Counted from the stretch's first letter, positions 48,998-58,370 are shown. The stretch: 64,000 nucleotides of DNA from an uncultured Candidatus Rokubacteria bacterium (GCA_963826115.1 CAWGVS010000005.1:384001-448000); one strand, 5' to 3'. Notes: a model not told the origin generated them from the letters alone. Numbers and translations are program-made.

Positions 48998-49795
48998 TCA
49001 GCCGACCGGGAGCGGCGCCGGCGCGCGTGGGAGCTCGTCCCACTGGGCCGGGTCGTGCCCGTAGAGCAGCCGGGCGCCGTGGCGGTCCCGGAGCGCGCGC
49101 AGCTCTCCGAGCGAGCGGGCCATCTCCACCTCGTTCCAGACCACGCCGGGGAGGAGATCCCGATCCATGTTCTCGCGCGTGTAGCAGGCGTCGGCGACCA
49201 GCACGAGGTCGGGCCCGCGTCCCGCCCGGATCCGGAGCGACTGGTGACCCGGCGTGTGGCCGTAGGTCGGGATCAGCACGACCGTGCCGTCGCCGAAGAC
49301 GTCGTGCTCGCCGTCGACGGGCCGATAGTCGAAGGGATGATCGAAGTCCTCGGAGCTCGGCGTGTAGCGCTTCGTGGCCAGGACCGCAGGGTCCCGGGCG
49401 GCCTCGAGCTCCCGCCGCTGGACGAGGAACGTCGCGCGCGGGAAGAACTCGTTGCCGCCGCAGTGGTCGAAGTGCAAGTGCGAGTTGGCCACGTGGCCGA
49501 CGTCGTCGGGCCCGATCCCCAGGAGAGCCAGCTGGCTCACCACGTCGTCACCGGGCCGGGAGCGAATGCTCATGAGCTTGGCGCGCCGCTCGCCCAGCCG
49601 GCCGATCGGGTCAGTGATCGAGGCCGCATGGACGCCGGTGTCGAACAGGAGGCGCCCCCGCGGATGGGTCACGAGGAAAGCGGGGATCGGCACGGTCCAG
49701 CGGGCATCCGGGTCCCGGCCGGGCAGCATGAGGGCGAGGCCGAGCTCGAGATAGCCGCCGCACAGCACGTGGACGCGGAGCCCGTTGGCCGTCAC
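48998..49795 (-). CDS. N-acyl homoserine lactonase-family metallo-beta-lactamase fold hydrolase
   Basis: LFDTG, SHLHFDHCG (HxHxDH), GHTPGHQS, DACY, GHD. Confidence 0.9.
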   Translation of the reverse strand: MTANGLRVHVLCGGYLELGLALMLPGRDPDARWTVPIPAFLVTHPRGRLLFDTGVHAASITDPIGRLGERRAKLMSIRSRPGDDVVSQLALLGIGPDDVGHVANSHLHFDHCGGNEFFPRATFLVQRRELEAARDPAVLATKRYTPSSEDFDHPFDYRPVDGEHDVFGDGTVVLIPTYGHTPGHQSLRIRAGRGPDLVLVADACYTRENMDRDLLPGVVWNEVEMARSLGELRALRDRHGARLLYGHDPAQWDELPRAPAPLPVG

Positions 49796-49823
49796 CGCCG
49801 CTCCCGGACTCGGGCGTTCCGGA

Positions 49824-50339
49824 TCAGGTGGCGTTCAGACCGAGCGACTGCTCGATGGCCACGACGTCGGTGGGGCGCGCGAAGGGCTCGGGCGCCGGCT
49901 CGCCCGCGTGCCGGGGCCGGCCGATCGCCTTGAAGAAGTGCTCGAGACCCGGCGGCGAGACGATCCACAGGAGGACCAGGTCCTCCTGGCCCTCGTTCAG
50001 GATCTCGTGGCGGACGTCGTAGCCGAGGAAGCACGCGGTGCCCGGCGCGAGCGGGTGGCTCACGCCGTCCACGACGACGCGGCCCCGCCCGCGGAAGCAG
50101 ATCTGGAGCTCGACCTGGTCGCCGTGGGAATGCTCGCGGATCCGGCCGCCCGGCGCGACGGTCTGGTAGCCCATGGACAGGCCGTCGAACCCGGTGAGGG
50201 CGGGGTAGAGCGCCGGATCCGCGTGACCGTTGGCGGGAACTGGCTGCCAGTACGACGGCCCGGTGCCGGGCTGGACGACGACCGCATGTCCCCGGACCGC
50301 GTCCCTACCGGTCGTTGGGCCGTTCGTCGCGTCGCTCAT
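49824..50339 (-). CDS. Cupin domain protein
   Basis: PGG.IREHSH...E, H.I.N; AAGGAGG RBS. Confidence 0.88.
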   Translation of the reverse strand: MSDATNGPTTGRDAVRGHAVVVQPGTGPSYWQPVPANGHADPALYPALTGFDGLSMGYQTVAPGGRIREHSHGDQVELQICFRGRGRVVVDGVSHPLAPGTACFLGYDVRHEILNEGQEDLVLLWIVSPPGLEHFFKAIGRPRHAGEPAPEPFARPTDVVAIEQSLGLNAT

Positions 50340-51034
50340 CGGGACCTCCTTGCTCCGAGCCCCAGTCTACCCCGCTTCCTGGCTCGGGACGCACTCCCCG
50401 CGCCGGTCGGTCGCCGCTCCGAGCCGTGAGTCCACGGCCATCGCGTCGGGGGACCCGGCCGCGCGGCGCCGAGGCTCCGCCGCATCAGCGGGCGTGTGGC
50501 CGATCGCCGCGCCACCTCGACGAAGCCGCACGCCCGGAACGCCGAGGCGACGCCCGTCCACGCGAAGATCGGCGGCATCCGTCCGGTGGCCGGCTCGACG
50601 GGGCACGCCTCGACGAGCCGTGCGCCGCGCCGGCGCGCGTGGCGGACGGCGCCGTCGATCAGCGCGCGGGACACGCCGCGCCCGCGCCGGTCGGCCCGGA
50701 CGAAGAGGCACGCGATGGTCCAGGCGGGCTGGTCGTCGATCGGCCGGAACACGCGCGAGCGCTCGAGACGAGGGAAGGACCGGCGGGGCTCGATCGCGCA
50801 CCAGCCCACGGGCTCCGTTCCTTCGTAGGCGAGGACCCCGGGCACCGTGCCGCGCTTGACGAGCCCCCGGAATGCGCGGCGGTTGCCCTCTCCCTTCTGA
50901 GCCTCGTAGGTCGCGCGCGGGAGGCGCGGGTGCATGCACCAGCACCCGGCGCAGGCGCCGCGCGGGCCGAACAGCCGCTCGAGGTCGGCCCAGCGGGCGG
51001 GGGTGAGGGGGCGGATCGCGAGCCGCGGCGTCAC
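50336..51034 (-). CDS. GNAT family N-acetyltransferase
   Basis: CWC, PVGWC, W.I.C.FV....R..GV...L, EA.P, F...GF. Ends in a low-complexity tail. Confidence 0.85.
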   Translation of the reverse strand: MTPRLAIRPLTPARWADLERLFGPRGACAGCWCMHPRLPRATYEAQKGEGNRRAFRGLVKRGTVPGVLAYEGTEPVGWCAIEPRRSFPRLERSRVFRPIDDQPAWTIACLFVRADRRGRGVSRALIDGAVRHARRRGARLVEACPVEPATGRMPPIFAWTGVASAFRACGFVEVARRSATRPLMRRSLGAARPGPPTRWPWTHGSERRPTGAGSASRARKRGRLGLGARRSR

Positions 51035-51143
51035 GGTCGCAAGGCTAGCGCGGCGGCGCGCCCACCCGCTTGCAAGTTCTTGCGCGAGGACCGGCTTCCC
51101 GGGGCGGTGTGGAGACACGCGCGGGGCCCGCCGCCCGCCCGGT

Positions 51144-51596
51144 CTACCGGAGGACGCGCTCGATCTCGTCGAGGTGCGTCTTGCGGTGGTGGGCCCGGAT
51201 GAGGAAGAGCGGCTCGCCCGCCGCCTTGTTCGCCGCGACCCGCTCGTCGGGCAGCGCGGACAGCTTCCGGTCGAGGGCCTCGGCGATCTCCACCGTCAGC
51301 CGGGCGGCGACGCGCGGGGGCAGCGCGAGGCAGAGGGGCTTGCCCGCGTCGTTGATCCAGTCGACGTCCGCCTGCTCGAGGGGGCGCGGCGTTTGGCCGT
51401 GCTCCCACCGGTCCAGCCAGAAGAGGATCCGCTGGTCCCAGAACGCGACGTGGGCGAGGGACGCGGCGACGGTCCAGCCGCCGGGCGTGGGGCGGACCAG
51501 GTCCGCGTCGGTGAGGCGCTCGACCAGAGCCCGCAGACGTCGGAGCTCCGCGGCGTTCTCGCTGATGTACGATCGGTCGACCGTTGACGGGGTCAT
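51144..51596 (-). CDS. DinB/MDMPI family protein
   Basis: GWTV...LAH.A.WD, H...H..EI; AGGAGAGG RBS. Confidence 0.8.
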   Translation of the reverse strand: MTPSTVDRSYISENAAELRRLRALVERLTDADLVRPTPGGWTVAASLAHVAFWDQRILFWLDRWEHGQTPRPLEQADVDWINDAGKPLCLALPPRVAARLTVEIAEALDRKLSALPDERVAANKAAGEPLFLIRAHHRKTHLDEIERVLR

Positions 51597-51700
51597 CGGA
51601 TCCTCTCCTTTGCGCGCCGGGCGTCCGCCCGGTCCCGACGCCGATTGTAGTACGGGCCGGTGGAGAGGCTCGTGTGGATGCCTGGTCGAGAGCCGGTACT

Positions 51701-52750
51701 ATGGTTCCCGGACGGAGACGAGTCTTGCACCCGGGCACGCGACGGCGAGCGACGTGGCTTCTGGCGCTCGTCCTTCTCTACGCCGCGGCTCTCGCCGGCA
51801 TCGAGCTGAGCCGCTGGCTCGGACCCGAGCGCCGGTGGCTCACGTGCCTGAACCTCTATCTTCCGCAATCCATGTGGGCGGCGCCCGGCCTCCTGCTCCT
51901 GGTCCTGACCCTCGCGCTCGATCGCCGGTTCGCGCTCGCGCCCGTCCTGTGCCTCGCCTGGGTCCTCGGCCCCATCATGGGACTCTCGGTCGCCGCGAAC
52001 CGGCCGACCGCTCCGCCGGACCGGACGTTCCGGGTGATGACGTACAACGTGAAGTACGGGCGGTCGGACGTGGGGAGCATCGCGGCGGAGATCGTGTCCA
52101 CCGATCCCGATCTCCTCTTCCTCCAGGACGTCTACGGGCGGACGACGGACTATCCGCCGCTCGCCGCATTCCTCCGGACGCGCCACGTCGAGCGGGAGGG
52201 CTTCTACCTCGTGGCGAGCCGATTCCCTCTCGCGCCCGTCGAGTACCATGCCATGGGCCCGGACTGGTACATCCGTACCCAGGTGACCATCGGGAGCCTC
52301 CCGATCGCGGTGTACAACGTGCACCTCATGACGCCGCGCGACGGCCTCGCGGCGATGCGCGAGGGGGTACGCGAGGGGATCGGTGAACTCCGCGAGGGGA
52401 TCGGCGAGCTCATGGAGGGGGCCCGGGTCCGGCTCGTCCAGGTGGCGCAGCTCAACGCCGACCTCGACCGGGAGCGCGGGGCGGTGCTGCTCGCCGGCGA
52501 CCTCAACGCGCCCCCGGAATCCCTCGTGTTGCGGCGCCTCCGGTCAGGTCGCCTGCGTGACGCGTTTGGCGAGGCCGGCCGCGGATACGGGTTCACGTAC
52601 GGGCATACGCTCCGGCCGCGCGTGTCGTACCTCCGCATCGACTACGTCCTTTTCAGCCGGGAGATGGTCGCGCTCCGTGCCTGGATCGGCGGCGCATCCG
52701 GCTCGGCTCACCGGCCCGTCGTGACCGAGCTCGCGCTCGCCGGGCCGTGA
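51701..52750 (+). CDS. Membrane-anchored endonuclease/exonuclease/phosphatase family protein
   Basis: Three N-terminal TM segments, VMTYNV, LQD, NVHL, AGDLN, RIDY, SAH. Start may instead be TTG 51725. Confidence 0.88.
   Translation: MVPGRRRVLHPGTRRRATWLLALVLLYAAALAGIELSRWLGPERRWLTCLNLYLPQSMWAAPGLLLLVLTLALDRRFALAPVLCLAWVLGPIMGLSVAANRPTAPPDRTFRVMTYNVKYGRSDVGSIAAEIVSTDPDLLFLQDVYGRTTDYPPLAAFLRTRHVEREGFYLVASRFPLAPVEYHAMGPDWYIRTQVTIGSLPIAVYNVHLMTPRDGLAAMREGVREGIGELREGIGELMEGARVRLVQVAQLNADLDRERGAVLLAGDLNAPPESLVLRRLRSGRLRDAFGEAGRGYGFTYGHTLRPRVSYLRIDYVLFSREMVALRAWIGGASGSAHRPVVTELALAGP
52370..52411 (+). repeat. 21-bp in-frame tandem duplication (REGIGEL x2)
   Basis: cgcgaggggatcggtgaactc / cgcgaggggatcggcgagctc. 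Confidence 0.85.
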
Positions 52751-52795
52751 CGGCGGAGCGCGCGCGGCGGGTGCTATAGTGCCTCGGGGCCGACC

Positions 52796-53245
52796 ATGAC
52801 GATCGTGCAGCGGATCGACAAGGACCTGATCGACGCGCTGAAGGCGCGCGAGTCGGAGCGCCTGGGCGCCCTCCGGATGGCCAAGACGGCGCTGAAGCTC
52901 CGCGAGACCGAGGTGCCCGGTGCGCTGGGGGACGACGACGCGCTCCGCGTCCTCAACACCCTCATCAAGCAGCGCCGGGACGCCGCCGAGCAGTTCCGGG
53001 CCGCCGGCCGCGAGGACCTCGCCCAGAAGGAAGAGCGCGAGGCCAAGGTGATCCAGGAGTACCTGCCAGGCGCCGCCACGGCGGAGGACCTTGCGCGCGC
53101 CGTCGAGGACGCCGTCGCCGAGACGGGCGCCACCTCGCCGAAGGACATGGGCGCCGTCATGAAGGTCGCGCGCGTCCGCCTCCAGGGGATGACCGTCGAC
53201 GGCAAGGCCCTGTCCGATCTCGTGAAGTCGCGCCTCGCCCCGTAG
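52796..53245 (+). CDS. GatB/YqeY domain-containing protein
   Basis: KQRRD..EQF...GR.DLA.KE..E, YLP, GA.S.KDMG.VMK, DGK. Confidence 0.95.
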   Translation: MTIVQRIDKDLIDALKARESERLGALRMAKTALKLRETEVPGALGDDDALRVLNTLIKQRRDAAEQFRAAGREDLAQKEEREAKVIQEYLPGAATAEDLARAVEDAVAETGATSPKDMGAVMKVARVRLQGMTVDGKALSDLVKSRLAP

Positions 53246-53431
53246 CCCTGCCTTCTCCCCGAGAGCTCTCGTTCACGCCGCCGCGATTCGGCGAACCCTT
53301 GCGTGACGTCCCGGCATCGTGACGCTTGTCTCCTCGACCGCCTCGCGATGGCGCGTGCCCTGGCCTTCAGCGACAACATCCTCTTCCGACTCCTAGAGTC
53401 CCGCGCTGAGCCGCGCCGCGGCGCGCCGTTC

Positions 53432-53460
53432 TTGACGGGTCCTGCCGGCCCTGCTAGCGT
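53432..53460 (+). promoter_or_regulatory. Sigma-70 promoter of the corrinoid operon
   Basis: TTGACG-17 nt-TAGCGT with an extended TG, immediately upstream of the riboswitch. Confidence 0.7.
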
Positions 53461-53471
53461 TGACGCGCTTA

Positions 53472-53645
53472 CGGGGTTCCAGGTGCGCCCCCGCGTGGGG
53501 CCAAGAGGGAAGGCGGTGCGAGACCGCCACGACCCCGTCACTGTGATCGGGGACGAAACCCGCAGACACAGCCCACTGGCGTCGCGCCGGGAAGGGTGCG
53601 GGGAGTAGGACGATCCGAGAGTCAGGAGACCTGCCTGGAACCCGC
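53472..53645 (+). ncRNA. Cobalamin riboswitch (upstream of cobU)
   Basis: AGGTG...AAGAGGGAAggcGGTG..A.ccgcc..CCCCGtcACTGTGA...CCACTG...GGGAAGG...AGTCAGGAGACCTGCC; P1 GGGTTCCAGG/CCTGGAACCC. Confidence 0.95.
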
Positions 53646-53723
53646 GCACTCCTAACCGGTCTTCGAGGGGAGGCCCGGGTTGTACGCGATCTCGCCCAAC
53701 CGGAGACCTCGCCCTAGCGCACC

Positions 53724-54290
53724 GTGAGCGCGCGGACCCTCCTGATCCTGGGGGGCGTGCGCGCCGGCAAGAGCGCGTTCGCCGTGTCGCGCGCGCGCGA
53801 GCTGGGCGGCCGGGTCGTCTTCGTCGCGACCGCCGAGGCCGGCGACGCCGAGATGGCGGACCGGATCGCTCGGCATCGGGTCGAGCGCCCCGCCGACTGG
53901 CGCACGGAAGAGGCGCCCCTCGACCTTCCCGCGGCCCTGGCGAGCCTGTCCGGGCATGCCGACGTCGTGATCGTGGACTGTCTCAACCTGTGGGTCGCAA
54001 ACCTGCTCCACAAGAGGCCCGAGCTGTCGGACGTCGAGCTCGAGCACGAGGCCGCCGAGCTCGCGGCGGCCTCGACGCGCCCGCTCTTCTCGCTGATCTT
54101 GGTCTCGAACGAGGTCGGCTGGGGCGTCCACCCCGAGACGGCACTGGGCCGCCGCTTCCGCGACGCGCTCGGTCGCGTCAACCAGGCGGCAGCTCGGGCG
54201 GCCGACGACGTGATCCTGATGGTCGCGGGCTGCCCGCTCGTCGTGAAGCCGTCCGCCGCGCACGCCCCGACGCCACGGCGCCTCGCATGA
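53724..54290 (+). CDS. cobU: Adenosylcobinamide kinase/adenosylcobinamide-phosphate guanylyltransferase
   Basis: GG.R.GKS, EM..RI..HR..RP..W.T.E, VDCL, VSNEVG.G, FRD.LG.VNQ. Confidence 0.95.
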   Translation: MSARTLLILGGVRAGKSAFAVSRARELGGRVVFVATAEAGDAEMADRIARHRVERPADWRTEEAPLDLPAALASLSGHADVVIVDCLNLWVANLLHKRPELSDVELEHEAAELAAASTRPLFSLILVSNEVGWGVHPETALGRRFRDALGRVNQAAARAADDVILMVAGCPLVVKPSAAHAPTPRRLA

Positions 54291-55336
54291 GCGCCTTCGA
54301 CCGGCTGCTCGCCAGCGTCGCCACGCCTGACGAGCGGCTGGCCGCGGTGGCTCGCGAGCGCCTCGATCACCTCACCAAGCCGAGGGGGAGCCTCGGGCGG
54401 CTGGAGGAGCTGGTCGTCCGGGCGGTCGTGATCACCGGCGAGCCCCTGCCGCGGATCGAGTCGCCCGTGATCTTCACGCTCGCCGCCGACCATGGCGTCG
54501 CGGCGGAGGGCGTGAGCGCGTACCCCCAGGCCGTCACGGCGCAGATGGTCGAGAACTTCGCGCGCGGGGGCGCGGCGGTGAACGCGCTCGCCCGGCACGT
54601 CGGCGCCCGGGTGGTCGTGGCGGACTTCGGCGTCTCCGCGCCCGTGACGGCGCGCGCGGACGTCGTCGACTGCCGCGTGGGCCCCGGCACGCGGAGCATC
54701 ACCCGCGGCCCCGCAATGACGCGCGAGGAGGCGGTCCGGGCGATCGAGGCGGGCGCGGCGCTCGTGGACGGCGCGGCACCGGACTGCATCGGCACCGGGG
54801 ACATGGGCATCGGCAACACGACCGCGGCCAGCGCCCTCACCGCGGCGCTCACCGGCGCGGACCCGGCGATGGTCACCGGCCGCGGCACCGGCGTGACCGA
54901 CGACGCGTGGGTCCGGAAGGTCGAAGCGGTGCGCCGCGCGCTCGAGGTCAACCGGCCGGACGCTCGCGACCCTCTCGGGGTCCTCGCCGCGGTGGGTGGC
55001 TTCGAGATCGCGGGCCTCGCCGGCGTGGCCCTGGCCGGGGCGGCTCGCCGCGTCCCCGTCGTGCTCGACGGCTTCATCGCCACCGCGGCGGCCCTGGTCG
55101 CCGCCCGGCTCGCGCCCGCGGCGCGCCACTACATGATCGCGGCGCACCGGAGCGCCGAGCCCGGCCACGTGCGGCTCCTCGAGGCCCTCGGCTTCGCGCC
55201 GTACCTCGAGCTCGGCATGCGGCTCGGCGAGGGGACGGGCGCCGCGCTCGGCATCGGCCTCCTGCGCGCCGCCCTCGCGTGCTACCGGGAGATGGCCACC
55301 TTCAAGGAGGCCGGAGTCTCGGAGCGCATGCGGTGA
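54287..55336 (+). CDS. cobT: Nicotinate-nucleotide--dimethylbenzimidazole phosphoribosyltransferase
   Basis: LTKP.GSLG.LE, AADHGV, G.MGIGNTT, DGFI, MRLGEGTGA. Confidence 0.96.
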   Translation: MSAFDRLLASVATPDERLAAVARERLDHLTKPRGSLGRLEELVVRAVVITGEPLPRIESPVIFTLAADHGVAAEGVSAYPQAVTAQMVENFARGGAAVNALARHVGARVVVADFGVSAPVTARADVVDCRVGPGTRSITRGPAMTREEAVRAIEAGAALVDGAAPDCIGTGDMGIGNTTAASALTAALTGADPAMVTGRGTGVTDDAWVRKVEAVRRALEVNRPDARDPLGVLAAVGGFEIAGLAGVALAGAARRVPVVLDGFIATAAALVAARLAPAARHYMIAAHRSAEPGHVRLLEALGFAPYLELGMRLGEGTGAALGIGLLRAALACYREMATFKEAGVSERMR

Positions 55337-56250
55337 GACGGACCGCGTCGATCTCTCGCGGCGCGCGCGTGACGCTCGCGCTCCTCGTGGCGCTCGTCGG
55401 CGGGCTCATGCCGGGCTCCCGGGCCGCCGCGGCCGGCGAGGTCACGGACATGCTGGGCCGGCGGGTCCGCATCCCGGAGCGCGCGACGCGGATCATCTCG
55501 CTGGCGCCCAGCATCACGGAGACGGTCTTCGCGCTCGGTGACGGGGACCGGCTCGTCGGCGTCACGGACTACTGCGACTACCCGCCGGAGGCCACGAAGA
55601 AGCCGCGCGTCGGCGGGATCTCGACGCCGAGCTTCGAGGCGATCCTCTCCCTCCGCCCGGACCTGGTGATCGCCACGTCCGAGAGCAACTACGCGGAGCA
55701 CGTCGAGCGGCTGACGTCGCTCGGGCTCCCGGTCTACGTCGTGCGCCCCGTCGACTTCGAGACCGTGCTGGAGTCCATCGAGCGGACCGGGACGGTCCTC
55801 GGACGGGACGCGGCGGCCCACGCCGCGGTGGCGGCCATGCGGCGGGACGCGGCCGCCATCGCCCAGGCCGTGGCCGGCGTGCCGCGCCCGCGCGTGCTCT
55901 ACGTCGTGTGGCCGAACCCGCTGATCGCGCCGGGTCGCGGCACGCTGATCGACGAGCTCATCGAGCGCGCCGGCGGCGAGAGCGTCACGAGCCGGGAGCC
56001 GCTCCCGTACCCGCGCCTGTCGCTCGAGACGGTCGTCGAGCGCCGCCCGGACAAGATCATCGTCGGGCGCCACGGGCAGGGCACGGTCGAGGAGCTGCTC
56101 CGCGGCTGGGAGCGGCTCGGCTCCGTGAGCGCGGTCCGCGAGGGGCGCGTCTACGGCGTCGACGGCGACCTCGTCCACCGCCCCGGCCCCCGGATGGTCG
56201 AGGCGCTCCGCGCGCTCGCGCGCGTGATCCACCCGGAGCGCGTGCCGTGA
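55333..56250 (+). CDS. btuF: Cobalamin ABC transporter substrate-binding protein
   Basis: Signal peptide, RIISLAPS.TE..FALG, VGVT.YC.YP, RPGPR; operon context. Confidence 0.88.
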   Translation: MRRTASISRGARVTLALLVALVGGLMPGSRAAAAGEVTDMLGRRVRIPERATRIISLAPSITETVFALGDGDRLVGVTDYCDYPPEATKKPRVGGISTPSFEAILSLRPDLVIATSESNYAEHVERLTSLGLPVYVVRPVDFETVLESIERTGTVLGRDAAAHAAVAAMRRDAAAIAQAVAGVPRPRVLYVVWPNPLIAPGRGTLIDELIERAGGESVTSREPLPYPRLSLETVVERRPDKIIVGRHGQGTVEELLRGWERLGSVSAVREGRVYGVDGDLVHRPGPRMVEALRALARVIHPERVP

Positions 56251-57263
56251 TCTCCCGGCGCCGTGTCGCGGCCACCTCGCTGGCGGTGGCCGGCGGCCTC
56301 GTCGTGGCTGGCCTCGTCGGGCTCGCCGTCGGTCCGGCATCGATCTCGCCCCCCGACGTCGCCGCCGCGCTGGTGGGACGCGCGCGCTCCGACCTCGCCG
56401 CCACCGTGGTCCTCGAGCTCCGGCTCCCGCGGGTACTGCTCGCCGCGCTCGCAGGCGGCGGGCTGGCCGTGGCCGGGACCGCGTTCCAGGCGCTGACGCG
56501 GAACCCCCTTGCCGACCCGGCGGTGCTGGGCGTGGCCGGCGGCGCCGCGCTCGGCGCCGTGCTCGGCCACCTCGGAGGGCTCGAGGGGTCCCTTGCGGCG
56601 ACGGTGGGCCTCTCGGCGGTGGCCTTCGCGGGGGCGCTGATCGCCGCGTCGGTGGTGTACCTGATCGCCGCGTCGGGCGGATCGCTTCCCGTGCAGACGC
56701 TGCTCCTGGCGGGCGTGATCACGGGGCTCTTCTTCTCGTCGGTCATCACGCTGGTCGTCTCGCTCGTGGACTTTGCCCAGCTCGGCGGGATCCTCCACTG
56801 GCTCATGGGGAGCCTCGGGGTCGTGGGCTATCGGGCTGTCGCCGTGATCGCCGTGGGCACCGCGGTCGGGACGGCTTTGATCTACGCGCAGGCCCGCGCC
56901 CTGAACCTCCTCGCCCTCGGCGAGGAGTCCGCGCTCCAGCTCGGCGTGGAGGCGGAGCGAGTGAAGCGCATCATCTTCGTCGCGGCGTCGCTGCTCACCG
57001 GGGTGATCGTCGCCCAGACCGGGCCGATCGGCTTCGTGGGCCTGATCGTCCCGCACGGCGCGCGCCTGGCGGTGGGGTCGGACAACCGGCTCCTCGTGCC
57101 GGTGGCGGCCGGCGCGGGCGCGACGTTCCTCGTGCTGGCGGACGCGGTGGCCCGCGTCGTCGTGACGCCGGCCGAGCTGCCGGTCGGCGTGGTGACGGCC
57201 TTCTGCGGCGCGCCGTTCTTCGTCTACCTCCTGCGGACCCGGCTCCGCCGGCGGCTCGGATGA
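56247..57263 (+). CDS. btuC: Cobalamin ABC transporter permease (FecCD family)
   Basis: RLPR, Q...RNPLA.P..LG, A..LG, G.IGFVGL..PH, ELPVG....G.PFF. Confidence 0.88.
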   Translation: MISRRRVAATSLAVAGGLVVAGLVGLAVGPASISPPDVAAALVGRARSDLAATVVLELRLPRVLLAALAGGGLAVAGTAFQALTRNPLADPAVLGVAGGAALGAVLGHLGGLEGSLAATVGLSAVAFAGALIAASVVYLIAASGGSLPVQTLLLAGVITGLFFSSVITLVVSLVDFAQLGGILHWLMGSLGVVGYRAVAVIAVGTAVGTALIYAQARALNLLALGEESALQLGVEAERVKRIIFVAASLLTGVIVAQTGPIGFVGLIVPHGARLAVGSDNRLLVPVAAGAGATFLVLADAVARVVVTPAELPVGVVTAFCGAPFFVYLLRTRLRRRLG

Positions 57264-58060
57264 GCGCCGTCGTCTCGGCGTCGGCCGTGTTCGAGGCCAC
57301 GGACCTCGAGTTCGGCTACGGCGGCGCGTTCCGGCTCGAGCGCGCGTCGTTCGAGGTGCGAGAGGGCGAGATCCTCGGGCTCGTCGGGCCGAACAGCTCC
57401 GGGAAGACCACGCTGCTCCGGCTCCTCTCGAAGATCCACGCTCCGGACGGCGGCGCCCTCCGGTATCGCGGCCGGCCGCTCGACGCGGTGGGCCGGCTCG
57501 CTCTCGCCCGGGAGATCGCCGTCGTGCCGCAGGAGGAGCACCTCGCGTTCCCCGTGAGCGTGGAGGAGCTCGTCCTGATGGGCCGGTTTCCCCGAGGGAC
57601 CGGCCGTCTCTTCGAGGGCGCCGAGGACCTCCTGCGCGCGCGCGAGGCGATGGCGCTGGCCGGTGTCCTGGAACTCGCGGATCAGTCCGTCGACGCGCTC
57701 GCGGGCGGTGAGCGCCAGCGGGCGCTCCTCGCCCGGGCTCTCGCCCAGGAGCCGCGGGCGCTCCTCCTCGACGAGCCGACGAGCCACCTGGACCTCCGGC
57801 ACCAGCGGCATCTCATCGGGCTCCTCCGACGGCTCAACCGCGAGCGGGGCATGACCGTCGTGTTCGTGACCCACGACCTGAACCTGGCGGGGGAGCTGGC
57901 CGACCGGCTCCTCCTCCTGTCGGGCGGCCGGGTGATCCGGCTCGGGACGCCGGCGGAGGTGCTGGAGGAGACGGTGCTCGAGCGCGCCTACGGCTGTCCC
58001 GTGTGGGTCGAGCGGCTCGGTCCTCGAGGCCGCCCGGTCGTGCTCGGAGCCAGGCTGTGA
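57260..58060 (+). CDS. btuD: Cobalamin ABC transporter ATP-binding protein
   Basis: GPNSSGKT, LAGGERQR, LLLDEPT, HDLN. Confidence 0.88.
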   Translation: MSAVVSASAVFEATDLEFGYGGAFRLERASFEVREGEILGLVGPNSSGKTTLLRLLSKIHAPDGGALRYRGRPLDAVGRLALAREIAVVPQEEHLAFPVSVEELVLMGRFPRGTGRLFEGAEDLLRAREAMALAGVLELADQSVDALAGGERQRALLARALAQEPRALLLDEPTSHLDLRHQRHLIGLLRRLNRERGMTVVFVTHDLNLAGELADRLLLLSGGRVIRLGTPAEVLEETVLERAYGCPVWVERLGPRGRPVVLGARL

Positions 58061-58099
58061 TTCCGGATACTTGGGGATCGGTGGCTGTGGCACGGATCG

Positions 58100-58332
58100 A
58101 ACCGATCCCGGGAGGGGGTGAGCGCCCGAGCCGGTAGAGGCGCGCCCCGATGTCGGGAAGCCGGTGAGGCGTCCTCCGGGCGTCGAGTCCGGCACTGTCC
58201 CGCAACTGTAAGTGGGGAGCGTCCCCGCTCCCGCCGCCGTCGCGCGGCGGGCGACGTCACTGGAGTGAAGGCTCACTCCGGGAAGGCGCGGTGGACGCGA
58301 CGAGCCACGAGTCAGGAGACCGATCGGGGCGC
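58100..58332 (+). ncRNA. Cobalamin riboswitch (internal, upstream of btuB)
   Basis: GGGAAGCCGGTG...TCCGGCACTGTCCCGCAACTGTAA...CACTG...GGGAAGG...AGTCAGGAGACC. Confidence 0.93.
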
Positions 58333-58370
58333 ATCAGGACGACACCCCTTCGTGGATGGAGGAGTGCGCG

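Noticed and set aside
48998-49795. Quorum-quenching system
   Set aside because: The AHL-lactonase family motif is present, but the family is broad and there is no luxI/luxR context.
50336-50470. Extra C-terminal domain on the GNAT protein
   Set aside because: Low-complexity run-on through the cupin promoter/RBS region; probably stop-codon drift or an indel.
53303-53608. 101-aa ORF between yqeY and cobU
   Set aside because: Overlaps the promoter and cobalamin riboswitch. The short stretch LDRLAMARALAFSDNILFRLLE might be a gene remnant but cannot be supported.
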